The translations under genes were made by a program, and so were the position numbers. A model generated the notes under the pieces. That model was not told the origin of the DNA. It worked only from the letters and a program-made list of their open reading frames with translations, and searched no databases. Shown here one piece after another: positions 9,780-20,189 of a stretch of DNA of 21,917 nt. Numbering within the stretch: the stretch's first letter is position 1; every line of letters begins with the position of its first letter. This DNA is from Oopsacas minuta (Eukaryota; Animalia; Porifera), in contig JAKMXF010000117.1 in NCBI GenBank assembly GCA_024704765.1, positions 1 to 21,917 of the forward strand, given 5' to 3'.

Positions 9780-11495
9780 CAGTGTTCCCTCTAAGAATCG
9801 GCCGATGGAGGGCTGGCCGGCTGTGCCGCGCAGACCCTCGGCCGTATGATTACCAGATTCCAATATCTGTCGACCCATCGAATGATTGATATACATTTGA
9901 TTGATTATAATCATTTCTAGTATATAATACTAATTATAAATAGTTACTGATTACTGATACAATATTGAAATAGTGTCTGGATCAAGTGGTAAGCTGCTAT
10001 TTAAATATCTAATTTAATCGATTATTCTTCTTTTACTTGATCGTTGTGCTTGAACTGGTCCCTCAAGATACTTACCGATATCAAAAGAGAGATGGCCACC
10101 TTCTTCCAAAGCTCCATTTCAGATTCGATATCTGAATCTGAATCTTCATCTTCACTGCTCCAGTCGTCAGAGTCCTCGGCTACTTCACCGTCCCTTTCTG
10201 AGTAATCACTGTCGAACTGATCTTCAATTTTCTCAATATCAGTAGCGTGTTGGAAAACTAGCCTGGGTCCCGGATTTTGAACATTGCGAACTCGCCTAAA
10301 CCGTTGTCCTCTCCATGCTGCAAGAATTTCGGAAACGGTAGACACAGGGTTGAGACGAAGACTCATAGCGGAGTTCAAGTGTTCACCGCTGAGTCGATTC
10401 CTTAGGCGAGTTTTCAACCTTGCCAACTGAGAGAAACCGCGTTCCGCAATGCTACAGTCAACCGCCATGCAACCGATGATCTCAATACAGCGTTTTCCAA
10501 CCTTAGAAGAGCGACTGTCGAGTTTGAAGGTTTCAGAAGAGAGCTTGTGTATGTCAGATATTTCGGTTCAGGGCCCTCTCTGCAGTTTGTTCAAACCTTC
10601 AACGAACCTTTTGGTCAGTTCAGAATCCGACATGTTGAACTCATCAAAAACTCTTATGAAAACACTCAAATGGTGCTTGAAACTGTATGTGACAAGATCT
10701 TGGTCAAACCTAAGTGAATCCCATTCCGACTCAACTCCTGTAGCACGTTCTTTTTGAACTCGCTCCTTAGTACAAGGAAATCGTAAATGGCTATCATTTT
10801 ACCTTCACTAACAGGAATCCGTTTATTCACAGAATTCATTAAAGTATGGATCAAAGATTTTACGGCGACGACGGACTTAGTTTTGGGAACATTATCAAGC
10901 AAATCAGACAACTGCCCAACACAAATCTGAATAACCAGGAACGCTTCCCATGGTGTTTGCACTGATGCTTGGAGAAACTTTGATCATGTGAACACGATGC
11001 CAACTGCTTTGCGTACTGTTCCCATCTCACTCAGAAAATTGTCATCGGTCAAACACTCGCGAACAAAACAACCTTTCAGACTAGTACTAACCTTGTCATT
11101 CTCGTCAATGCAGGCAACAATGGCACGATGACTGCGAATAACGGCGCGTATTGCAGGATGTCGAGACAACCACCTAGTGCGTTCCATGACCCAGGTATTT
11201 CAACGCGAGTGAAGACATCGATCAACTTCTCGTACTGATGTCTGCGTCCTGAACTACGAGCAAACCTATTATGGACATATTTAACAACCAACTCGATTTT
11301 GTCCGCTAATATTTTCACCACATTTGGCGCATCCTCAGACACGAACACATCATTCAGACTTAGATTCAGACGATGTAGAACACAATGAGCCGCAAAGGTC
11401 TTGTTTTCACTACAATCTTCACCAAGGTCAGGGTTGACCTTGAAGTTGATAATGCGATTCAGACGAACTATGACCCCATTAACGGCACCGCGCAT
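9780..11495 (-). mobile_element. hAT element (ZNF862/Tip100-like), 3' portion with one terminus, 5' part missing
   Basis: Terminus CAGTGTTCCCTCTAAG at 9780, a hAT-type CAG start. The transposase is cut off at 11495 by a maT terminus. No partner TIR found in the window. Confidence 0.82.
10022..11495 (-). pseudogene. hAT transposase pseudogene, C-terminal two-thirds, with dimerisation domain and acidic tail
   Basis: AHCVLHRLNL (CxxH), RTRWLSR (RW) and CSIAERGFSQLARLKTRLRNRL (hATC, catalytic E). Two frameshifts (about 11195 and 10735) and two in-frame stops (10984-10986, about 10570). Confidence 0.88.
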
Positions 11496-11499
11496 TATA

Positions 11500-11769
11500 C
11501 AGGGTGGCTTTTAAGTTCTGTCCCATGATTTATAAGAACCATTTTTCCATGCTGAGTCTTTGCTATTAGATATATCTTATTAGTTTACCTTATTATACTG
11601 TATTTAACATAAATATACAGTTTCAGAGTACAATTGTAGAGAAATTTCAATTTTATTAGTGATGGAACGTGAGAGGTCGGCAATTGTAGAATTATTTACA
11701 AAAGGACATCCTTCAAGGGAAATTTGAAGATCCTGAAACTCCCTCTAAACAGAAGGAAATTTGTATACC
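11500..11769 (+). mobile_element. DD37D (maT/Bmmar1-like) element, 5' fragment
   Basis: TA then CAGGGTGGCTTTTAAGTTCTGTCCCA. ATG at 11662 gives MERERSAIVELFTKGHPSREI-(frameshift)-KILKLPLNRRKFVY, similar to the N-terminal HTH of Bmmar1-type transposases (…IAVIALHKVG…FVYR). Confidence 0.65.
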
Positions 11770-14640
11770 CCCATTTTTTTTCCGATTATTTGAAAATTAT
11801 TAGCTTTTTTATCTATCGTGGTATATGATTCAATTATGTTATATCAAGTATATTTAACATGCATAATCTTTCTTTGACTCAAATGCGGGCATTTTTTCTC
11901 TTGATGTAGGGTTGAAAGAATTAATCCATGTATCGTATCTTCTCCTGTTACTGAACACGAACTTTTAGTGACTAATTGAATAGTTCTTTCAACAGCTTGT
12001 GTATGGCATGGATATGCTGGAATTTTAGTGGAGCACGTACACAATTAATTAGTACTTCTTTTGAGAGGTATCTTGTAAAATGCGGTTCTTTGATAAAAGA
12101 GGTTTCCCAATCAATCATATCCACATATGTTTCGGCAGTGAACCTTATTGAAGGGAGATTAAATGGGCGAATTTCAATCGGTCTAAATGATGAACTGTTA
12201 ATTCGGATATCTAAAATAGTCTTCACTGCCTTTTGTCTAATTTGCTCATCATTATCTGCAAGCATCGATAACAGGAGATTTTCTGGATGACAAATCTATG
12301 AGTTTCTCTGTATCACATCGCAAATTACTTCTTGGTCAGACTCCGATAGATCTCGCAGCAAAGGTATCGCAAAAAACATATTTTTAGGTCCATCTGTGCA
12401 AATCGGGTTACTCTTGATTCTAAACCAAACTGGTGCATAATAATTGACAATAAAATTGACAAGTCGGGTTAATTCAGGTGTGGGATGTATCGTAGAAATG
12501 TACGACCTAAGTAATCTGTTGGCCAGTGTTGTCCATCTAGCATGATGTATAGGACCAGGTTGCATCGATGCCAGTTCAGATGAGCAAATACCAGTCTGAA
12601 CTGCATGGCAGATATTATATAGATATTTCTGATCTTTATTTAAATTCTTGAGAATATCGGAATCAATAAATTGAGTTTTACCGCATAAATGATGATACGC
12701 TGCAATTGGTTTGCAAGTAAAATCACAATTAAGTTCTTTACCAATTGCTCCTTTAAAAGAATTGGGTCCACTGGTTTTTCCATCTATTATTTGAAAGAGA
12801 TGCCTCAATAGAAGTTCATTACCATGTAATTGGCAAATAAACCAGTGGAGTGGTTTTATGAACTCTAGTTCAAGTAATCTAATACACCCATTGCAGATTC
12901 CAGTGTTAACACGAGCTCCATCAGCTCCAAACGTCATTAAATTTGAATTACGCTCCTGCAAAGATCAGTCAATTCCCTTGCTATATCTTTGGCTTTACCA
13001 GAACTTGGTGTTATATGGGCAACATACTGATTCCCCGGTTCAGATAAGACAGTATAATGTTCTTCATTTGCAGTATCCTGATGCAAATGTCCATCTTCTC
13101 TTTCTACCAGTACTCGAGTTTGATCTTTACGGCCATCAAAATATATTGCAGATATATCATTGATAGTTTCGTGAGCCTCATTAGCCAATTCCTTTCTCAC
13201 AGAGAATCTAGACCTACGGAGTTTGTTTCTATCAATAATTTGACTATCTTCTTCCGGTGTGATAATACCGTAATCCTGCAGTACTGCGTTAGCTATAGCT
13301 GCCGCTGCCCGATCGCTAATTTGATATCTATCACACATTATGGCTAAATTTCGTAATTGATTATGATTACGTGTATACTTGTGAGTATTAGATGTACTCG
13401 AGTCAAAAGATTCAAACTCTTCAAAGTCACATTCTATAAATTCTTGCGAAGGTTGAACTGCATGTAATCTCTTCATTTCCCTTTCTTCTCTTTCATATTG
13501 TGCCTCTTTTCTTTTTTGTTTAACAAAATTTTTAGAGGTTGTCATGCAATCCAAGCTGGATATAGATAATTTTCGAGCGTTTCGCTGATCAAAGAGAAAT
13601 GGCCACTCACGGCGTGGTATCTTTTTATCGAGAGAGCAAAAACATTTACCTTCCTGAATTAGGCATTTGCAACTTGAGACATCGAACAAGACATTGAATT
13701 CGGAAATAATAGGCTGTATACGGTCAGGTTGTTGCTTGTTTTGGATACTTTTTCCGTAGTATTTAGCTCTCTCAATAATATCAGAATTGATGTACTGTTT
13801 TATTTTGAGCTCTGATATAGTGGGTATGGAAGCCAAATTATAGATACGCACTAATACTTCAGTTAGTTCTTTCGCTATATCATCTCTAGTTGATTTAGAA
13901 TCTTCATTTCTAAGCATTCTATAATGATTGTATAGCTCTAGTTTTATTGGAAGTTGATTTTCTGGAATGGGTCCTGGATAGCCAAAAATAGGATGAAATA
14001 CTTTACTACGCGTGTTTTCTGCCATTTCAAAAATAAATATATTTTCGGAATATAATCACTCAATAATATGGATGATTTGATCGAGCATTGATATAGATAC
14101 TATAATTGACCATAAATTCCATGCTAGATAAATGGTAACAAAGATCAGAACAAGAGATAAGGAATGTTGGTAAATTTTCTTTGAGGTAAGCTATTGATGA
14201 ATTTGGATCTAGATAAAGAAATATACCAAGTTTGGTGATTTTATAGCTAGTTTTACTAAGAATATAGAATTTTCAAATAATCGGAATAAAAGGGGGGTGG
14301 GTAATATTATTAGGATATGATAGAATATGCAAAAATAATCTTGATAACTTGAGTGTCCTTGGACATAGAAATTCGATTAATACACCATTCAAAAGCAAAT
14401 ATACGACTTACTATTACCAAATAATATATATAAAAGGGCTAAGTCAAAGGAATTTGAAAACTCGGACAATATAAAATCAATTATGCGAAAGTGACACAGC
14501 AAAAATATAAAACCGCAAGGGTCAAATCGAAATATTTTTCAAATTTAAGTCTCGCATTTTCCTAGAAAATGATAAAGGCAACTTTTCCCTTAGGTAGAAG
14601 TTGAACCGACGATTTATACTTTCCTCGATCCGGCCCACTA
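11770..14640 (-). mobile_element. hATm-like hAT element, one putative terminus kept and the 3' end truncated
   Basis: Candidate 5' terminus TAGTGGGCCGGATCGAGG (reverse complement of 14623-14640). An imperfect inverted repeat of about 30 bp flanks the gene: CCCCCATTTTTTTTCCGATTATTTGAAAATT (about 11768-11798) and AATTTTCAAATAATCGGAATAAAAGGGGGG (about 14268-14298). Confidence 0.72.
11854..14025 (-). pseudogene. hATm-like transposase pseudogene, about 720 aa, nearly full length
   Basis: Catalytic and structural motifs YFDGRKD, FGADGARVNTG, WFICQLHGNEL (CxxH), HHARWTT and PCHTQAVER, ending MPAFESKKDYAC*. Three apparent 1-bp deletions (about 12961, 12025 and 11905) and one TAG (12296-12298). Confidence 0.88.
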
Positions 14641-15916
14641 TACACACTAATTCACTATATTATTTATTCAAAGTAATCCCCTCCTGCAGATACACAAAGT
14701 TTTAACCTTTCCACCCACTTCTATAACACAGTTCTGTACTCTTCTTCGGGGATGGATTTGAAGTACTGGTACAGGCCCGTTCCGAGTACTTGTAATGTGT
14801 TAAAATCTTTGCCTTGAAGATAGATTTTGAGCTTGGGGAATAGCCAAAATCACACGGAGCTAGGTCTGGTGAGTATAGTGGACGGGGAAGTAATTCTAAC
14901 CCTTCTACATCCAAGAAATTTTTGGTAAGCTTAGCTGTATGGGAACTGGCGTTATCAATTAAAATCTTCATTCCTCGAGTTCCGGTTTTCGGGCGGTACT
15001 TTTCTATATCTTTTATCAAATTTGGAAGCACTTGCTCTGGAAAGAAAGTAGCAATAACAGCCTTGCCACTCTCACAAGGTAATTGCAAGACAATTCCATG
15101 ACTACTGAAGAAGATGGTATACATAATCTTAGGTATTCTGAAGTCGGGCATAGGAATTTTGGCCGGTTGTTCGTCGCCCCTCACCCATGATCGCTTCTTA
15201 TACTTGCTATATGGTGCTGAATAGTACACCCACGTCTCGTCACCAGTAATAATCTCTGTTAGGCGTCTAGAAGCGCAGTTCTCATAAGTTTCCAAGAGTT
15301 TCTTGCAATATTCAGTCTTGCCAACCTTTGATTCTCATTGAGCTTATGCGGGGCCCATTTCCTACAAATCGAACGGTAGCCAAGCTCAGTCGTCAGAATT
15401 GTATGAATACTGCCGGTGAAATCTCCATTCTTGTTCTAACTGATTGACAGTAATGCACTTGTCTTCCATGACCATACTTTCAATCAGTGCGATATTCTCT
15501 GAAGTGGTGGCGGATACCTGTTTTCCAGATCGAGGTAAATCTATGACATCAGCATCATCAGATCTAAAACGGGCAGCCCATCACTCTACAGTAGATCTGG
15601 GGGGGGCAATCCACGCACAATACCTCTTGTAGCTCACTGAAGATCTGTACGGGCTGGATCTTGAGTTTTGTACAAAACTCTATGTAAGCTCGGCATTTGA
15701 GGTTGAAATTATCATCTTTTGGAGCCATAAATTGAACAGTAGGTATGAATTGACTACAAGTAATTATCTCAATAAATCATAATTTGTATTGAATAAGGTT
15801 AAAACTTTCAGTATATGGAGTTTAACTATATGGGCTTATAATATATGAAAGTTGGATATATTACTTGACTAATTCCTAAGATATATCTGACCCGCAAGAC
15901 TTATTGAACGCCCTGA
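14636..15916 (-). mobile_element. Mariner (DD34D) element, defective (copy B), missing about 50 bp including one TIR
   Basis: About 97% identical to copy A (11 differences counted in the first 450 bp or so). Intact TIR ACCCGCAAGACTTATTGAACGCCCTGA with TA at 15917-15918. Confidence 0.95.
14664..15728 (-). pseudogene. Mariner transposase pseudogene (copy B)
   Basis: Same motifs as copy A. Stops at 15581-15583 and 14721-14723, shared frameshifts near 15425 and 14846, and private 1-bp indels near 15305 and 15600. Confidence 0.93.
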
Positions 15917-16567
15917 TACATATTTAATGACCATATTAGGCACGTTAAGTCTTTATTCGAATTCTAAGGATCAAGTTAAATCGAGAGAAGGGTCACTCGA
16001 CGTGGTTAGGGTACATTTAGAGAATTTAATGTTGCCAAATTCCTGAACTTTGCTGTGTAAAATCTTTCGCTAATATATTGATGTGACCACCTACCACTTA
16101 AACTGAACAACGATTTATACTTTTTACCAAAATTTACATGAAAATTTTATTTGAACTATTTAAATATATTTTATAATTTATTTTCTATTCAAATTTTCAT
16201 TTAGATTTTCGTAATCAGCATCAAATTTAGTAAACTTTTGAATTTGGTAACATTCCATTTACTAATTGTGCCCAAACCACATCAGGGTTGGATAGTTTAA
16301 CTCATCTCCCGGTTTAAACCCATTTAGTGGGTTAAACTGGTTTAAACCCTATTTTATGGTCAAAACTGGTTATTACACTCTACTGAACCGCATTTAATTG
16401 GGTAAACCACCTAAACTGTGTTTGAGACTCTAATTTAGGATTTCCCAACTATAAATTGATTAAATTATGAACACAGTATATTCAAAGTCTTCATAAATAA
16501 AGATCTGTAATCGTACAATAGACTTAAACTATTTAGTAAGAATTTTAGCATTCATTCCAAGTATATG

Positions 16568-19157
16568 CTGTTTACCTCGATTATCCGAACCGTTCTGTTA
16601 TTAAAATGCCTTAAATGATTCGTTTAAGTGGCTTTAAATTTTATCCAAATCATTTGGGAATTGTTTTAAACTTTTAACCTAACTCAATAAAACCATTTCG
16701 GGAAATGTAAAATTCGCTCCAGAAATCTCGTAGCATAAAATTCAGAGTGATATTTTAATTAAGAAAGAAATTTGATCATAACAAATGCATACAACTTAAT
16801 ACATTATGATGTAATTATTCACTGTATTTTCATGGACTACAACTGTGTCGGCTTATGTTTTTCCGCAGGCAAATACCGTAACTCCGATTGAATAGACATT
16901 TATATATTTTGATGCAAGCAAAAAATATACAATCAAACTGCGGCGGCAGCATATTATAATAATTGAATATATTCAAAGTGGCACTATAAATTGGAGGCAT
17001 ATAAAATGTTAAATTAATCCCAGTATATTTAGTGCCTCATATTAATAGTGTCAATGCGTAGTTTGTCTCTACTAAAGATCGAAAAATATTATATTGGTTT
17101 CAGTTTCTTAAGATACTAGTATTATTATGTAAAATAAATATGGTGAGTATTATATGAATGAATAAGAGCATTAGTCAGAATCACAATCATCATAGTTATC
17201 TTGCTTGCTGCCAACTCTTTCAATAATAGCAAGACTGTAATATTTGATGGAGTAGCTTTTGCCTGTAAACGTAACCAATTAAGACATTTATCGAACATAT
17301 CCATAGGTTAAACATTGTTCACTTCCTCTGATAAATGTAAATTGGAAACGATCTTTCCTTCTTCTTCATTTTATAAACTGTCAGTTTCATTATAATATTC
17401 AGTTACCGCTTTATAATCTCAATTTCAGTGAGGTGTTGACAGATATCATATCTAACTTTTTCTATCCAAGAAATAATATCTGATTCGAGAAGATCGAAAC
17501 CAAATTATAGAAATCCTTAACAAAATCAGTATTCAAGAATGGACTTAGGGAGGTAGACGGAGTGAAACTATCAATTGTTTCATTATCAGGAGTTTGCAAT
17601 AGTTCCTTCCATGATGATTTGATACTGGAACAGGGGACCTCATTCCTAGCGTTAGAAATTCTTTCCATTACATCCAAAATATTATTGACTTAAGGAAGGT
17701 AATTGTATCAACCTTTTCTGTACTAAATAACTTCTTAATAATTCTTTGCGGTACCTTCGTTTTATTTACTCAATTATACCTTGATCCATTGGCTGAATTT
17801 ATGATGTTACATTCAGAGGAAGAAATTTAGCTTTGATTTTCCATCTTCTGAGGATAGCACATTTTTCGGGGGTGAGTACTGCAATTGTCGATGAACAATA
17901 ATGCTTTCGCCTCTTGGCCCATATTCATCAGTTCCAGCTGAATGTAAGGTACAAATTCATTGTGAAACCAGCTAAAAAATATTTCTGAATTCATCCAAGC
18001 ATTTGCCTGATGCTTATACACGACAAGAGTGAGTTCACTGCTATATTATTGAAACAACGTGGTTTTGCAGCTTTCCCAATGACAAGAAGTGGTAATTTTA
18101 TAGAACCGTTAGCATTTGAGCATAAATTGGTTGTGATGCGTTCCTTGATTTGTTTGTAACCTGCAGCTGATTGTTCAAACCAAGATACTAAAGTCTTTTC
18201 AGGTAATGTGCAATAATATAGGCCAGTTTCATCTAACTTAAATATCTGATCAGAAGTATAGCCTGTAGTTAAAAGTTTAAATTCATCGACAAATATCACG
18301 ACAGATTCCACATCAGCAGATAACTCTCCTCCTATAGCTAAATTTCGCATATGATAACTCTTCTTGAATCTTGTTAAATATCCGTAACTAGCCGCAAAAG
18401 TTATGAAGTTCTCTGGATATAGAAAGTTATAGAGAATGTTCGCTTTATCAGCTAAGAGTGGCCCACTAATTGGAGATCCTTTTTCCCTTTCTTGCCTGAA
18501 CCACATGTACAGACTTCATCTATTTCAACAAACTTGCCAAGCTTCATATATTTAGCAGTTCTCTTATCGAATGTTATCGTCCTGTCCTTGAAACTAAGTA
18601 TTTTATCTTCACCATTCTTAATACATGACACAGTAGACTTTCCAATTCCATACTTTTGACAAATTACGGAATAAGAATAATCTTCTTTAATCTTCCCACA
18701 AATGTCTAGCTTTTCATCATAAGTCAGAACCCTTCTCTTCGCTTTTGGGAAACCTGAGCCATAAATGCAATAGGTTTATCTAAAAGTTAAAATATATACG
18801 TACAAATTACAAGAGAAATAAGTAACTAAGTATGTAATACGTATATAAATTCAAATGAGCTGTAATAGGTCGCACTTACGATCCAGGTACTACTCATAAA
18901 TACTCTTAGTATACTAGATGATAGAGATGTGCAAACGAAAGATACGTAGGACTTAGTTGTCGTACTATTACGTATACTGTACGGAATTATATACGTAAGT
19001 TATGGTATCCCAATAAATACATTACAATAGACTTGAGTTGTTCTGATAAGGTTATGAATGAAAGTTAACCGAACTGTACTGATAAATGATGTTCGCAAAA
19101 TGAATAAATCAAGAATGGAGTTTGGGTAATCGGGGTACGGATAACGAGAAAGCACTG
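16568..19157 (-). mobile_element. Tigger/pogo element
   Basis: Right end CGGATAACGAGAAAGCACTG followed by TA (19158-19159). Degenerate candidate left TIR CTGTTTACCTCGATTATCCGAACC at 16568; the left boundary is less certain. Confidence 0.72.
17190..18762 (-). pseudogene. Tigger/pogo (CENP-B/jerky-like) transposase pseudogene
   Basis: HTH region RVLTYDEKLDI...YGIGKSTV and CENP-B HTH LYMWFRQER...PISGPLL. DDE_1 motifs FKLDETGLYY, KERIT..LCSNANG, AWMNSEIF..WF and LLFIDNCSTHP. Several frameshifts; 3' limit approximate. Confidence 0.9.
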
Positions 19158-19404
19158 TATATATTCAATAATATTTCAGATTGAGTTTCCAAAAAGGGGA
19201 AATATACTTATATAGTTGGTTAAGCCAGCTTAAACCCGGGTGAACTTCAACCCTGAACCACTTCGAGTGACCTCTCTTTCGACTTAGCCTTTATAATCTG
19301 AATACATGCCTAAGATGTATTATTATATATATAGTGTAAGCAATTATAATTTCACCCACATGAGGATATTATGTTTTCTTTGGATTGGGGTTCTTATTAA
19401 ATTT

Positions 19405-19405
19405 N
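19405..19405. other. Ambiguous base (N), possible assembly join
   Basis: Single n, immediately followed by maT transposase sequence that starts mid-gene. Confidence 0.6.
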
Positions 19406-19845
19406 GTCATGGTTTGGGCGGGAATATCATTAATTGGCCGGACACCACTCATATTCGTGCCTGCGGGCGTAAAAATCGAAACCCAAACCTACCGTGAGCT
19501 AATTTTAGAACCTGTAATACAAGGTCTCTCTAAAATTATGTTTTCTGGGAAACCTTTCGTGTTCCAACAAGATGGTGCTCCAGCCCACACATCGAATGCC
19601 ACTCAGGCCTGGCTTCGAAGCAATATTCCAGATTTTATTTAAAAGGAAGAATGGCCACCATATAGCCCCGATTCAAATCCAATGGATTATTCTATCTGGT
19701 CCATTCTGGAAACGAGGGCATGTTTGAAGTCTCACACCAATATAGACTCCCTGAAAAGTGTTTGTGTCGAGAATGGGAGAGAATACCTCAAGAAACACTC
19801 CGTGCCGCAGTAGAGGCCTTCCCTAAGAGACTAAATGCTGTAATT
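19406..19845 (+). pseudogene. DD37D (maT) transposase, C-terminal fragment
   Basis: VMVWAGIS...FQQDGAPAH...FI*KEEWPPYSPDSNPMDYSIWSILE. 37 residues between the last two Asp, one in-frame stop. Interrupted at 19846. Confidence 0.88.
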
Positions 19846-20180
19846 CAGGGGTTTTCAACCTTTTTTTGACCACGACCCACTTTCCAACTTTTTAAAGCGT
19901 TCGCGCCCCACCCGATGAAGGCATAACCAAAACGTAAATTTCAAAATGTATGTACTTAACTCGTATATATTATTCTAATGTAAATTTATTACATCTACAA
20001 TACTAATAATTATCACACATGATTATTTAATCATTTTAATGTGATTTTTGATGTTGTTTTCATCAACTAGCTTTTGAATTCTAGGCTGTGTTATAGCTAA
20101 GCAGCAGCGTAGATCTGGTTCGACATCAAGTATATTTCTAGCCTTAGTTTTGATTATCATGGCTTCAACACACATATCAG
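19846..20180 (-). mobile_element. Buster-family hAT, 3' terminus with transposase C-terminus
   Basis: TIR CAGGGGTTTTCAACCTTTTT at 19846, preceded by CTGTAATT (nnnTAnnn). Minus strand 20160-20036 gives MIIKTKARNILDVEPDLRCCLAITQPRIQKLVDE-(frameshift)-QHQKSH*, the typical Buster/ZBED5/FAM200 C-terminus. Confidence 0.82.
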
Positions 20181-20189
20181 TTAAAACCG

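Larger units (their letters stand above)
16283..19255. mobile_element. Non-autonomous hAT element (about 370 bp of own sequence) containing a Tigger insertion
   Basis: TIRs CAGGGTTG (16283) and CAACCCTG (ending 19255). 8-bp TSD AACCACAT/AACCACTT (7/8). GGTTTAAACC-type subterminal repeats at both ends. Confidence 0.8.
15939..19310. mobile_element. Foldback/long-TIR MITE; native sequence is 15939-16282 plus 19256-19310, split by nested insertions
   Basis: With 16283-19255 and one TSD copy removed, the rejoined right arm in reverse complement (GGCTAAGTCGAAAGAGAGGTCACTCGAAGTGGTTTGGGCACAATT) matches the left arm (AGTTAAATCGAGAGAAGGGTCACTCGACGTGGTTAGGGTACATTT) at 35/45. Outer ends TTA-GGCACG and CATGCC-TAA. 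Confidence 0.7.

Noticed and set aside
995-13347. Short ORFs such as 995-1186, 1099-1344, 1537-1842, 2715-2912, 5289-5531, 8401-8697, 10449-10757, 11976-12290, 12858-13163 and 13057-13347
   Set aside because: They are either antisense shadows of transposase relics or low-complexity AT-rich frames with no recognisable motif.
4430-15918. Segmental duplication as the source of the two mariner copies
   Set aside because: Identity ends precisely at the TIR plus TA and the flanks are unrelated.
17190-18762. Domesticated host genes (JRK/TIGD, SETMAR, ZBED, ZNF862, HARBI1) for the transposase-like ORFs
   Set aside because: All carry frameshifts or stops and/or retain TIRs, and no SET domain or other host fusion is visible. 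No gene symbols were assigned.
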